Of a DNA stretch of 64,000 nucleotides, positions 28,068 through 37,761 are shown one piece after another. The notes below the pieces were generated by a model that did not search any database, was not told the DNA's origin, and worked only from the letters and a program-made list of their open reading frames with translations. Source of the stretch: Dehalococcoidia bacterium (GTDB lineage Bacteria > Chloroflexota > Dehalococcoidia > SM23-28-2 > HRBIN24); contig JAVVHA010000001.1 of assembly GCA_032249735.1 (NCBI GenBank), forward strand, positions 2,588 through 66,587, written 5' to 3'. A program made the translations under genes and the position numbers. How positions within the stretch are numbered: position 1 is the first letter of the stretch; the number at the start of each line of letters is the position of its first letter.

Positions 28068-28708
28068 TGGAGCTGGTCTTGGCCTCCTCCTCCCCCCGCC
28101 GGCGGGAGCTCTTGGCCGCCCTAGGTATCCCATTTATGGTGGTCCCCCCGCCGCAGGACGAGGCCCATGCCCGTCCTGGCGTCCTGCCCGCGGCCCTGGC
28201 CTGCGAGCTGGCCCTGGCCAAGGTGCGAGCGGTGGCCGCCCTCCATCCGCAGGTGCCGGTGCTGGGGGCCGATACGGTGGTGGCCCTGCGCGGCCGGGCC
28301 CTTGGCAAGCCTGTTGACCATGAGGAAGCGATAGCTATGTTACGTCGCCTGCGCAACCGCTGGCACCGGGTGGTCACGGCTATAGCACTGGCCCACCATG
28401 GGCGGGCCACCTTGGCCTATGCCACCTCTTGGGTGCACATACGCCCTCTGCAGGAGGAAGAGATACGGCGGTACGTAGAGAAGGGGGAGCCCTTCGATAA
28501 GGCTGGTGGGTACGCCATCCAGGACCAGGAACTGCGGCCTGTGGACAGGTATTTAGGATGCTACTGCAACGTGGTAGGGCTCTCCCTGGCCCTGGTGGTC
28601 CGCATGCTCAAGCGGTTAGGTGTTCAAGTCCCTTCCTCGCCTCCTACATCTTGGTGTGAGGCCTGTCCCCTCTGGGCCCGCATTGTGGGGCCCGAACGCC
28701 CGTGCTAG
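28067..28708 (+). CDS. maf: Maf-like nucleoside triphosphate pyrophosphatase
   Basis: [16 protein letters not shown]...LGADTVV are Maf-family signatures; its ATG overlaps the rlmD stop (TAATG). Confidence 0.8.
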   Translation: MELVLASSSPRRRELLAALGIPFMVVPPPQDEAHARPGVLPAALACELALAKVRAVAALHPQVPVLGADTVVALRGRALGKPVDHEEAIAMLRRLRNRWHRVVTAIALAHHGRATLAYATSWVHIRPLQEEEIRRYVEKGEPFDKAGGYAIQDQELRPVDRYLGCYCNVVGLSLALVVRMLKRLGVQVPSSPPTSWCEACPLWARIVGPERPC

Positions 28709-30900
28709 GATGGGGCCTAGAGATGACCGCCGACCCTATTCTAGGCCCCCTCAACGACCGCCAGCGGGAGGCGGTGACGCACGTAGAAGGGCCCATACTC
28801 ATCGTGGCGGGCCCTGGCTCGGGCAAGACGCGGGTCATCGCCCACCGCATCGCCTATCTGTTGGCCAGACGTCACGCCCGTCCCTATCGCATCCTGGCCG
28901 TCACCTTCACCAACAAGGCAGCACGGGAGATGCGGGACCGGGTGTTGGCCCTAGTGGGGGAAGACGTGGGGCAGGAGATGGCCATCGGGACCTTCCATTC
29001 CCTGTGCGCCCGCATCTTGCGCGTGGATGGTTACCATATTGGGGTGCCGCAGGACTTCATCATCTACGACGAGGAAGACCAGCTGGCTGCCATGCGACAG
29101 GCCCTCATGGAGCTGGACTTAGACCCCAAGCGTGTGCCGCCGGGGGCCGTCCTCGCTGCCGTATCGCGGGCCAAGGCGGAGCTGCGCACCCCTCAGGAGG
29201 TGGCGGCCACCGCCCAGACCTATTTTCAGGAGGTGATGGCCCGTGCCTATCGCGTCTATCAACGCATCCTGGAGGAGAACCGGGCTCTGGACTTCGATGA
29301 CCTGCTGATGCGGACGGTGTGGCTGTTACAGGAAGAGGAGAAGGTGCGCCAAAAGTATGCCCAACGCTTCCTCTTCCAGCATATAGACGAGTTCCAGGAC
29401 ACCAATGTGGCTCAATACGCTCTGGCCCGCCTCCTGTGCGAACCCCATCGCAACCTGTGCGTGGTGGGCGACCCCGACCAGTCCATCTACACCTGGCGGG
29501 CGGCGGACATACGCAACATCCTCAGCTTCGAGCACGACTTCCCGGAGGCCAAGGTGGTGTTCCTGGAGCAGAACTACCGCTCCACCCAGACCATCCTGGA
29601 CGGCGCCCACCACGTCATCGCCAAGAACAAGCTACGGAAGGAAAAGAGGCTATGGACCCAGGCCGGCCCGGGCCATCCCATCGTGGTGCACGAGGCCTAC
29701 GACGAGGCAGAGGAGGCGGCCTTTGTGGCCGCTGAGATGAGCCGCCTCATGCAGGAGCGGGGATACACGCCCCGCGACTTTGCCGTCATGTACCGCACCA
29801 ACGCCCAGTCCCGCCCCTTGGAGGAGGCCCTCCTCCTAGAAGGCATACCATACCGAGTGGTGGGCGGTCTGCGCTTCTACGAGCGGCGGGAAGTGAAGGA
29901 CCTGCTTGCCTACCTGCGCCTCGTCTACGACCCCTATGACTCCATGGCCCTTATGCGTATCATCAATGTGCCGCCGCGCGGCATCGGCGAGAGGACGGTC
30001 CAGGAGCTACAGCGGTGGGCCCGCTCCTTGGACCTCCCCCTCTACGCTGCCCTTCAGCTTCTGGCCGAGCAAGAGCGCGACTCCCCTACTCCCGAGGCCT
30101 CGTCCCTGCCCAGGCCGGCCCTCGCCCGCAAGGCGGTGGGTGCCCTCCTGCGTTTTTTTGGCCTCGTCAACGAGCTTGTAGCCCGCTCATCCGATACCCC
30201 TCCGTCCCAACTCCTCGACCTCATCATCGAGCGCACTGAGTACAGGGCCTATATACTTGCCGAGCCCCAGGGGGAGGAGCGGTGGGAGAACGTGGAGGAG
30301 CTGCGCTCGGTAGTGTCCGAATACGATCACCTGTCGCCCAGGGAGGCCCTGGCCCACCTTCTGGAGGATGTGGCCCTCATCACCGAGGTGGACCGGTACG
30401 ATGAACGGGCCAACGCCGTCACCCTCATCACCCTGCATGCGGCCAAGGGCCTGGAGTTCAGGGTGGTGTTCATGGTGGGCATGGAGGAAGGCCTCCTGCC
30501 CCACGCCCGCTCCTTCGACGATCCGGCCCAGATGGAGGAGGAGAGGCGCCTCTGTTATGTGGGGATGACCAGGGCCAAGGAGCTGCTTTACCTAGTGCGG
30601 GCCCTCCGGCGCAGCCGCACCGGCCCCCGTCTCCCCTCTCGCTTCCTAGCCGACATCCCGCCTCACCTGACAGTGCCGGCCAAGGCACCGCCACCATCAT
30701 CGCCTCCCAGGTCGCGGGCCGACGGCGCTGCTGTGCCCCTTAGGGCAGGTGCCAAGGTCCGACATGCCCGCTTTGGGGAGGGCATCGTGATATCCTGTGT
30801 CCCGTCGGGCGACGATCACCTGGTGACGGTGGCCTTCAGGGGCGAGGCGGGGATAAAGAAGCTCCTCTTGTCCATGGCAGGTCTGGAGCCCCTGGGCTGA
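28702..30900 (+). CDS. pcrA: ATP-dependent DNA helicase PcrA/UvrD
   Basis: LNDRQREAV, AGPGSGKTRV, VDEFQDTN and VTLITLHAAKGLEF are UvrD-family helicase motifs. The start may be Met at 28723. Confidence 0.9.
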   Translation: MLGWGLEMTADPILGPLNDRQREAVTHVEGPILIVAGPGSGKTRVIAHRIAYLLARRHARPYRILAVTFTNKAAREMRDRVLALVGEDVGQEMAIGTFHSLCARILRVDGYHIGVPQDFIIYDEEDQLAAMRQALMELDLDPKRVPPGAVLAAVSRAKAELRTPQEVAATAQTYFQEVMARAYRVYQRILEENRALDFDDLLMRTVWLLQEEEKVRQKYAQRFLFQHIDEFQDTNVAQYALARLLCEPHRNLCVVGDPDQSIYTWRAADIRNILSFEHDFPEAKVVFLEQNYRSTQTILDGAHHVIAKNKLRKEKRLWTQAGPGHPIVVHEAYDEAEEAAFVAAEMSRLMQERGYTPRDFAVMYRTNAQSRPLEEALLLEGIPYRVVGGLRFYERREVKDLLAYLRLVYDPYDSMALMRIINVPPRGIGERTVQELQRWARSLDLPLYAALQLLAEQERDSPTPEASSLPRPALARKAVGALLRFFGLVNELVARSSDTPPSQLLDLIIERTEYRAYILAEPQGEERWENVEELRSVVSEYDHLSPREALAHLLEDVALITEVDRYDERANAVTLITLHAAKGLEFRVVFMVGMEEGLLPHARSFDDPAQMEEERRLCYVGMTRAKELLYLVRALRRSRTGPRLPSRFLADIPPHLTVPAKAPPPSSPPRSRADGAAVPLRAGAKVRHARFGEGIVISCVPSGDDHLVTVAFRGEAGIKKLLLSMAGLEPLG

Positions 30901-30906
30901 GGGAAC

Positions 30907-32367
30907 CTATCCTTTCACCACGCCGATGGGGCGCATGCGGGCCACCTTGAGGGATATGCCCGCCTCGTGCAGCACCTCCACCACATCGGCCACGTCCTTA
31001 TAGGCCTCACTGGCCTCCTCCGCCAAAAGGGCCCTGTTCTGGGCCCGCACGATGATGCCCCGCTCCTCCAGCTTGCGGGCGATGTCCACCCCCCGCAGCA
31101 TGCGTTTGGCCGCCGCCCGGCTCTGGACGCGGCCAGCGCCGTGGCAGGTGGAGCCCCAGGTCTCGGCCATGGCCTTATGGGTGCCAACCAACAGGAAGGA
31201 GTAGCGCCCCATGTCGCCGGGCACCAACACGGGCTGGCCTATCTCACGATACTTGGCGGGCACATCGGGATGGCCAGGGGAAAAGGCGCGGGTGGCCCCT
31301 TTGCGGTGCACACACAAGGTCATCTCCTTACCGTCCACGCGATGGCGCTCCACCTTAGCGATGTTGTGGGCCACGTCGTATATTAATTGCATCCCCATGT
31401 CCCGCGGGCTTCGGCCCAGCACACGGGCAAAGGCCTCCCGCACCCAATGGGTGATGAGCTGCCGGTTACAAAAGGCAAAGTTGGCGGCCGCCGTCATAGC
31501 GCCCAGGTAGTCCTGCCCCTCTTGGGAGCGGATGGGGGCGCAGGCCAGCTGCCGGTCGGGGAGGTGGATGTTGTAGCGCTTGATGCTCTCCTCCATCACC
31601 TCCAGGTAGTCCTCACATGTCTGGTGGCCTAGGCCGCGCGAGCCACAATGGACGAAGACCACCACCTGTCCCTCCTGATAGATGCCCATGACGGCCGCCT
31701 TCTCAGGGTCGTAGATGTGGTCGATGACCTGGATCTCCAGGAAGTGGTTGCCGGAGCCCAAGGTGCCCAGCTGGGGGGCGCCCCGCTCCTTGGCTCGCCG
31801 GCTCACCTTCTCGGGGTTGGCGCCGGGCAGGGCACCGCCGCCCTCAATGGTCTCCAGGTCCTCCGGCCAGCCATAGCCGTTCTCCACTGCCCAGCGAGCG
31901 CCCTTGATGAGGACCTGATCCATCTCCTTAATCGCCACCCGGATAAGCCCTTCCGATCCCACCCCCGAGGGGACATCGCGGAAGATCTGGTTGACCAGCT
32001 CCCGCAGCTTGGGGCGCACCTCCTCCTCCGTGAGGTCGGTGCGGATGAGGCGTGTGCCACAGTTGATATCGAACCCCACGCCTCCAGGGGAGATGACGCC
32101 GTCCTCCAGCCTCATGGCTGCCACCCCGCCAATGGGGAAGCCATAGCCCCAGTGGATATCTGGCATGGCGAGGGAATATCCCACGATGCCGGGCAGGAAG
32201 GCCACATTGGCCACCTGCTCGATGGCCATGTCCTCGCTCATCTGTTCCAACATCTCCTCCGAGGCGTAGATAAGGCCTGGGACCCTCATGCCAGGCTTGT
32301 ATTCCTGGGGTAGGACCCACCGCCACTCATCGAGCTTCTGCAGGATCTTCTTCCATTCCTTCGCCAT
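30907..32367 (-). CDS. rtcB: RNA-splicing ligase RtcB
   Basis: 486 aa; HWGYGFPIGGVAA and NCGTR are RtcB metal-binding motifs. Confidence 0.9.
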   Translation of the reverse strand: MAKEWKKILQKLDEWRWVLPQEYKPGMRVPGLIYASEEMLEQMSEDMAIEQVANVAFLPGIVGYSLAMPDIHWGYGFPIGGVAAMRLEDGVISPGGVGFDINCGTRLIRTDLTEEEVRPKLRELVNQIFRDVPSGVGSEGLIRVAIKEMDQVLIKGARWAVENGYGWPEDLETIEGGGALPGANPEKVSRRAKERGAPQLGTLGSGNHFLEIQVIDHIYDPEKAAVMGIYQEGQVVVFVHCGSRGLGHQTCEDYLEVMEESIKRYNIHLPDRQLACAPIRSQEGQDYLGAMTAAANFAFCNRQLITHWVREAFARVLGRSPRDMGMQLIYDVAHNIAKVERHRVDGKEMTLCVHRKGATRAFSPGHPDVPAKYREIGQPVLVPGDMGRYSFLLVGTHKAMAETWGSTCHGAGRVQSRAAAKRMLRGVDIARKLEERGIIVRAQNRALLAEEASEAYKDVADVVEVLHEAGISLKVARMRPIGVVKG

Positions 32368-32371
32368 CTCC

Positions 32372-33259
32372 TCATCCTCCCCTCACCGTGCCCTCATCGA
32401 CCTCGCGCAAGAACTGGAGGATGCGTAGGCGTGCCTCGCGGCTGAAGCCTAAGATGCCGTGAGGCACCCCTGGGAACACCTCCAGCGTCGAGCCGGGGAT
32501 AGCCCGGTGCAGATCATAGGCTGCTCTCAGTGGCACTACCTGGTCCTGGTCCCCGTGGACGATGAGCACGGGCATGCGCAGCTCCTTCAGCTGGGGCAGC
32601 AGGTCTACCTCCAGATAGGCAGCCAGGTTGCGTACCTCCGCCGCATAGAGGGCGGCCTGCTCCTCCTCTGGTAGGGCCTGGGCAGCCGCGCTCAGCTTCT
32701 CCTCGTACTCCTCTAGCTCAGGCAGGGTGCCCAACCGCTGCGCCGTCGCTCTCTCCCAGGGGCCCAGGACGGAAACGCGGGCTTCCCGGGGGCGGGCGCG
32801 GTAAAAGGCCAGAAGCCCCCTCTCCTCCAGCTCCTTCAGCCAGATGGGCAGGGAGCGGGCTAGCTCTCCTTCAGATAGCAAGCGCGGCGCTGTGTTAGCA
32901 AGCACCAGGGAGCGCACCATCTGCGGCCTGGCCAAGGCTAGCATGATGGCGATGGGCCCTCCGGCCGAGCTCCCCACCACATGTGTCTCCTCCACGCCCA
33001 AGTGAGCGAGGAGGGCCAGGGCATCGTCCACTTGTTGGCGCAGGGACCACCCCTGGCTGGGGCAGCTGGACCAGCCACACCCCCGCCGATGATAGACGAT
33101 GAGCATGTATCCTTGGGCCATCTCATCCAGCCAATGGTAGTCGCGAGGCTGCAAGCGCGATGGCAAGCCAGCGAAGCCGCCATGGATGAACAGCACCGGC
33201 CGGCCTCTGCCGCGCACCTCATACCACATGGTGAACCCGTTGACGTTCAGGTAGGGCAT
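32372..33259 (-). CDS. Alpha/beta-hydrolase fold protein
   Basis: VLFIHGGFAG oxyanion region and a VVGSSAGG nucleophile elbow (GxSxG); start placed at MPYLNVNG. Confidence 0.65.
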   Translation of the reverse strand: MPYLNVNGFTMWYEVRGRGRPVLFIHGGFAGLPSRLQPRDYHWLDEMAQGYMLIVYHRRGCGWSSCPSQGWSLRQQVDDALALLAHLGVEETHVVGSSAGGPIAIMLALARPQMVRSLVLANTAPRLLSEGELARSLPIWLKELEERGLLAFYRARPREARVSVLGPWERATAQRLGTLPELEEYEEKLSAAAQALPEEEQAALYAAEVRNLAAYLEVDLLPQLKELRMPVLIVHGDQDQVVPLRAAYDLHRAIPGSTLEVFPGVPHGILGFSREARLRILQFLREVDEGTVRGG

Positions 33260-33264
33260 GGCTA

Positions 33265-33693
33265 TCAGATGTCGAAGATGACCCTTGCCCACCAGAGGCC
33301 GTTCTCCTGGCCCACGGCCAGCAGGTGGCGCGTGACACCCTTTATGCCCATGTGCATGACATGCTTCTCTGGGTCCATGCGCTCGCCCAAGGCTATGGCC
33401 TGTAGCTGGTATGGCTCCAGGGCCTCCACCTGAAAGCGAGAGAAAAGGAGGCCTTGGGCATCCACATAGTACAGCAGCTCCACCAGCCACCGCACCAAGA
33501 GCGACTCCCAGTCATGCCCCTGGACGCTTATGCGCCTGCTCTCCTTCTCCTCTACCCGTTCCAGGTCCGTCATTAGGTGGAACATGGCCTGAGCCACATT
33601 GGCCATGAGCTCGGCCGGGGTGTTGCCGTAAGCTATCACCCCCACGTCCGCCGTATGCTCAATGACCTCAAAGGGCGGTCGCCCCTGTCTCAT
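33265..33693 (-). CDS. Archease (RtcB activator)
   Basis: 142 aa; FEVIEHTADVGVIAYG is the archease N-terminal signature. Confidence 0.8.
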   Translation of the reverse strand: MRQGRPPFEVIEHTADVGVIAYGNTPAELMANVAQAMFHLMTDLERVEEKESRRISVQGHDWESLLVRWLVELLYYVDAQGLLFSRFQVEALEPYQLQAIALGERMDPEKHVMHMGIKGVTRHLLAVGQENGLWWARVIFDI

Positions 33694-33723
33694 GGACCCC
33701 AGCTTCGATTATAAGCCAGGGAG

Positions 33724-34338
33724 TCAGGAGGGCCTGACCTTGGCGCGGAGCATCTCTATGATCTCGCGCACTGTCTCCTGGCGCCATCGCGCCCAGACGG
33801 GCCCTCGCTGAAAGGCCTCGTACTGGCGGCGGAACTCCTCGGGGTCCTTCTCCCGGAGCTGGAGGATCTCCTGGACGAGGTGCATCTCGCTGTCGGCCAG
33901 GGCTGGTCGCTCGATCCAGTGGCAGATATAGCGGTGGTCGCGGGTGTAGAAGACGAAGGTGGGGATGGAGCGGAACTGCCCGTCCTTAAGGAACTCGTCC
34001 ATGATGTCTAAGTTCTGGTCGCGGAAGAAGATGCGCAGCTCCATCCCCGCCGCTTGGGCCATCTTGGCCATGACGGGGAGGCCCCGGAACACGTCTGGGC
34101 ACCAGTCCTCGGCCAGGGCTAAGACCTTGGCCGGCCCATCGGGCGCTGCCACCAGCTCGCGAAGGGCGGCCACATCTTCTGGCGTGAGGACGGTCTCCTG
34201 ATAGTTGTATTCGAACTTGTCGCGGTTGCGGCGGATGGCTTGCAGCCACTCCTCCCACGTGAGGCCAGAGGCGAATCGCTCCGGCGTCACCACACTCTGT
34301 CGCTCCTTACTCATGACGGTGCACCTCCATAATCGCAT
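33724..34338 (-). CDS. Thioredoxin-like fold protein (degenerate WCPDV motif)
   Basis: DWCPDVF at the position of a thioredoxin CxxC site, lacking the second Cys; weak family call. Confidence 0.35.
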   Translation of the reverse strand: MRLWRCTVMSKERQSVVTPERFASGLTWEEWLQAIRRNRDKFEYNYQETVLTPEDVAALRELVAAPDGPAKVLALAEDWCPDVFRGLPVMAKMAQAAGMELRIFFRDQNLDIMDEFLKDGQFRSIPTFVFYTRDHRYICHWIERPALADSEMHLVQEILQLREKDPEEFRRQYEAFQRGPVWARWRQETVREIIEMLRAKVRPS

Positions 34339-34363
34339 CGGCTACGTCTTTAGCTTAACACGT

Positions 34364-35149
34364 TCAGGGGTCCCACTCTGCCCCCGCGGCCTGCCATATC
34401 CGGCGACGCCCCTCGAGGCTAAGTCCCTGGATGGTGGTGCCCTGCCGCCGGGCCAGCTCCTCGGCCTGGCGGGCGCGGCGGCGGAGGGCATGGCAGGCAT
34501 CCAGCAGGGCGTCCTCCGCGTCCACTTCCAAGATGGAGGCCAAGGCTGCCATGGCCATAGCAGCATGTCCCAGCCGCTGGTGTCGCTCATGGGTGGTTAG
34601 GGCCGCGGCCAGGCCTTGCAGCGCCTGCAGGACCTCCTGCTTGGCCTCCTCCGCCGATTGAGGGCCGATGCCCAGGCGCGCTAGACGTCGCCACAAGGCC
34701 TGGGCCTGGGCTAGGGCGGGAAGGGCGCGTGGCACCCCGTCGAGGAGGTGAGCATTCTCCCCCTTTTCTTGGCGCTTCAGCTCCTCCCATTGCTGCAGGA
34801 CCTCTTGGGGTGACTGGAGGTGGCGCCCGCCGAAGACATGAGGATGGCGCCTAATAAGCTTGGTAGCGATGCCGTAGATGACGTCCTCTAGCGTAAAGGT
34901 GCCCGCTTCCTCGGCCATATGGGCATGCATGAGGACTTGTAGCAGGAGGTCGCCCAGCTCCTCGGCCAATTGCTTGGGGTCGTCCACCTCGATGGCCTCC
35001 ATAGCCTCCATGGCCTCCTCCCGCAGGTAGTGCCGGAGGGAGCGATGGGTCTGGGCCCGGTCCCAAGGGCAGCCCTGTGGTCCCCTGAGGATGGCGACCA
35101 CGCGTCTCAGGCCATCGAAGGTCTTGAGCTCTTCGTCGCCTGGCCTCAT
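34364..35149 (-). CDS. mazG: Nucleoside triphosphate pyrophosphohydrolase MazG (tandem MazG domains)
   Basis: GCPWDRAQTHRSLRHYLREEAMEAMEAIE and LGDLLLQV are MazG EExxE motifs. The start is placed at MRPGDEE; the ORF-track N-terminal extension is unlikely to be translated. Confidence 0.75.
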   Translation of the reverse strand: MRPGDEELKTFDGLRRVVAILRGPQGCPWDRAQTHRSLRHYLREEAMEAMEAIEVDDPKQLAEELGDLLLQVLMHAHMAEEAGTFTLEDVIYGIATKLIRRHPHVFGGRHLQSPQEVLQQWEELKRQEKGENAHLLDGVPRALPALAQAQALWRRLARLGIGPQSAEEAKQEVLQALQGLAAALTTHERHQRLGHAAMAMAALASILEVDAEDALLDACHALRRRARQAEELARRQGTTIQGLSLEGRRRIWQAAGAEWDP

Positions 35150-35227
35150 CTCTGGACTATGATAGCCTAGTGGGCGGTTTGACGGTGCCCTGGCCCCGGC
35201 GTAGCATGGGGAGATGGTGGGGGCGCA

Positions 35228-36022
35228 GTGGAGCAGTCCCAGCTGGTGCCGGGGCAGGAGGTCACCTTTGGCCCTATAAGGTTTGTGGCCCTGGCCCTTC
35301 TGGCTGTGGCCCTCCCCCTGGCCCTTTTGACCACCAACATCCGCGTGGCCTTCAACACTCCCCAACTCTATGACTATGCAGTCCGCAGGTATGACGCCTC
35401 TGCTCTATCGGGCATCCCACAGGGGGAGCTGCTGCGCGCCAACCGAGAGCTTATCCGCTACTTCCACGACCAGAGGCCCTTTCTCTTCGTGACGGTGCGG
35501 GACGGACAGGGGCGCCTCGTATCGCTGTTCACCCCTGAGGAGACGGTTCACCTGGCGGATGTCAAGGCCCTGCTGCGGCACCTATATCGGGTGCAAGAGG
35601 GTGCGTTGGCGTATGTCCTAGTAGCAGTGGTAGCCGTCTTCGTGTGGGCACAGGAGGGGTCTGTAAGGCAGCTGGCATGGACAGTGCTGGCGAGCACGGC
35701 CCTCTGCGTAGCGATAGTGGCAGGGGTGGCAGTGGCGGCCACTGTGGGCTTTGATCTATTTTGGTCCGCCCTCCATAACCTCCTCTTCACCAACGACCTG
35801 TGGCGACTGGACGTAACTAGGCACCACCTTATCCAGATGTTTCCGGAGGCGTTCTGGTTCGACGCAGTTATGCTTATCGGCGGGGCCACGGGGGCCCAGA
35901 TGGCGATATTGGCTCTGGGAGCGGGGGCCTATTTAGTGTTGGCGCCGCGTGAGCCCAAAGGGGTGGCCACCACCGCTGCCTTCAGGGTAAAGCCACAAGT
36001 GAGGGGAAGGCCAACACCTTAA
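35228..36022 (+). CDS. Integral membrane protein (DUF1461/TIGR01906-like)
   Basis: 264 aa with several TM helices; weak similarity pattern only. Confidence 0.35.
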   Translation: MEQSQLVPGQEVTFGPIRFVALALLAVALPLALLTTNIRVAFNTPQLYDYAVRRYDASALSGIPQGELLRANRELIRYFHDQRPFLFVTVRDGQGRLVSLFTPEETVHLADVKALLRHLYRVQEGALAYVLVAVVAVFVWAQEGSVRQLAWTVLASTALCVAIVAGVAVAATVGFDLFWSALHNLLFTNDLWRLDVTRHHLIQMFPEAFWFDAVMLIGGATGAQMAILALGAGAYLVLAPREPKGVATTAAFRVKPQVRGRPTP

Positions 36023-36249
36023 GAGGGATGGCAGCTGGCGCAATGGCCGCCGGCGCAGCCGGCGCATCCTGACCCGCCAAGGGCAGATGTGCTCCCCTCG
36101 CCGCCGCGGAAGGCAGCGAAGATGGAGAGGAGTCGCTCCGCACCCTCATGCCCCTGGGGACAGGTGGCGGCTTCGTCCCTCCGGGACATGGGGCGCAGAA
36201 GCTCAAATCGCGTTTGGCACCGATGGCAGTAGTACTCGTAGATGGGCAT
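36019..36249 (-). CDS. FmdB-family zinc-ribbon protein with Cys/Gly-rich tail
   Basis: MPIYEYYCHRCQTRFE...CPQGH is the FmdB CxxC...C motif; the C-terminus is GGSGCAGCAGGHCASCH. It starts 7 nt after the rpoD stop on the same strand. Confidence 0.6.
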   Translation of the reverse strand: MPIYEYYCHRCQTRFELLRPMSRRDEAATCPQGHEGAERLLSIFAAFRGGEGSTSALGGSGCAGCAGGHCASCHPS

Positions 36250-36255
36250 GGCGCA

Positions 36256-37761
36256 TCACTCCAAGAAGTCCTTGAGCTTCTTGCTACGGCTGGGATGTCG
36301 CAGCTTGCGCAAGGCCTTGGACTCGATCTGCCTTATCCGCTCGCGGGTAACGTTGAACTCCCGCCCCACCTCCTCCAGGGTCCGGCTGCGCCCGTCCTCC
36401 AGGCCGAAGCGCAGGGCCAGAACCTTCTGCTCCCGGTGGGTGAGGGTGGATAGGATCTCCCGCACCTGCTCCTTCAGGATCTGCTGCAGGGCGGCGTCCA
36501 CAGGGGATGCGGTGGACTGGTCCTCGATGAAGTCGCCCAGGTGGGAGTCCTCCTCCTCGCCGATGGGCATCTCCAGGGATACGGGCTCCTGGGAGACGCG
36601 GATGATGTCCCGCACCTTCTCGGGTCCTACGTCCAACTGGCGGCCGATCTCCTCGTTGGTGGGCTCCCGCCCGTACTCCTGTACCAGACGGCGGCTCACC
36701 CGCATGAGCTTGTTGATGGTCTCTACCATATGCACGGGTATTCGGATGGTGCGGGCCTGGTCGGCGATGGCCCGGGTGATGGCCTGGCGGATCCACCAGG
36801 TGGCATAGGTGCTGAACTTGTAGCCCTTGCGGTAGTCGAACTTCTCCACCGCCCTTATAAGGCCGATGTTACCCTCCTGCACCAGGTCCAGAAGGGGCAT
36901 GCCCCGGCCGATGTACCTCTTGGCCACGCTCACCACCAGGCGGAGGTTGGCCTCGGTAAGGTGCTTCTGGGCCTTGCGCCCCTCCTCCTTGAACCGTTGC
37001 AGGCGGGAGGCCAGCTTCTCCTCCTGGGCCCGCAGCCGCTGGGCCAAGTCCTCCGCTGGCGGCAGGAGGGCTTCGGCCGTCCCTACTGCCTCGAGGGCTA
37101 TGTCTAGCAGGTCCTGGATGAGGACGTGGGTTACGACGGAAAGCCTCACCAGGGAACGCTCGGCCTCTTCCCGCTTGAGGCCTAGGCGCGTCTGGAGCTT
37201 TTCGGCCATCTCTGTGTCCAGCTCACCATCGACGCAGGAGCGGAAGCTTGGGTGCCTGATGAGCTCTGGCCATGGCAGATGGGCAAGCCCGAGCTCTTGG
37301 GCCACCGTCTGGAGGACGGGCTGCAGGCGGTGGAGGTCTTGCAATATGGCCACCATGGTCTCTGCCCCAGTGGGGGGACGCCGGCGGGCCTCTTCTAGGC
37401 CCTTGGTTATCTCCTCTACATACCGCCCCTCCTCCATGAGGCGAGCCAAATACTTCTCGTCCTCAGCGGTGAGGAGGCTCACCTGGCCGATCTCCCGCAA
37501 GTACATGCGGACGGGGTCGTCCAGCCCTTCCTCCAAGGCCTCCAGGTCGGAAGGGGCCTCCTCCAGCTGTTCCTCTTTGGCTAACTCGGCCTCCCAGGGC
37601 TCCATCTCCTCCTCGGGCCGGCCAATGGTCATGGGATCACGCACCTCTCCCAGCTCCTCCACCCAGGTCTCGTGGACGTTCATCTCTCCTGTCTCCATGG
37701 AGGGCCTCTCCAGCTCCTCATCATGCTTCAGCATGGCTGTTCGCCTCCCTTTGGGCTGCAC
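36256..37761 (-). CDS. rpoD: RNA polymerase primary sigma factor (sigma-70/SigA)
   Basis: Regions 1.2-4.2 are present: [42 protein letters not shown], and a 4.2 helix-turn-helix. The start may be MLKHDEE at 37734. Confidence 0.95.
   Translation of the reverse strand: MQPKGRRTAMLKHDEELERPSMETGEMNVHETWVEELGEVRDPMTIGRPEEEMEPWEAELAKEEQLEEAPSDLEALEEGLDDPVRMYLREIGQVSLLTAEDEKYLARLMEEGRYVEEITKGLEEARRRPPTGAETMVAILQDLHRLQPVLQTVAQELGLAHLPWPELIRHPSFRSCVDGELDTEMAEKLQTRLGLKREEAERSLVRLSVVTHVLIQDLLDIALEAVGTAEALLPPAEDLAQRLRAQEEKLASRLQRFKEEGRKAQKHLTEANLRLVVSVAKRYIGRGMPLLDLVQEGNIGLIRAVEKFDYRKGYKFSTYATWWIRQAITRAIADQARTIRIPVHMVETINKLMRVSRRLVQEYGREPTNEEIGRQLDVGPEKVRDIIRVSQEPVSLEMPIGEEEDSHLGDFIEDQSTASPVDAALQQILKEQVREILSTLTHREQKVLALRFGLEDGRSRTLEEVGREFNVTRERIRQIESKALRKLRHPSRSKKLKDFLE

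Noticed and set aside
33724-34338. Calling the 204-aa protein a bona fide thioredoxin/disulfide oxidoreductase
   Set aside because: The candidate active site reads WCPDV, so the second cysteine is missing. It is kept only as a thioredoxin-like-fold hypothetical.
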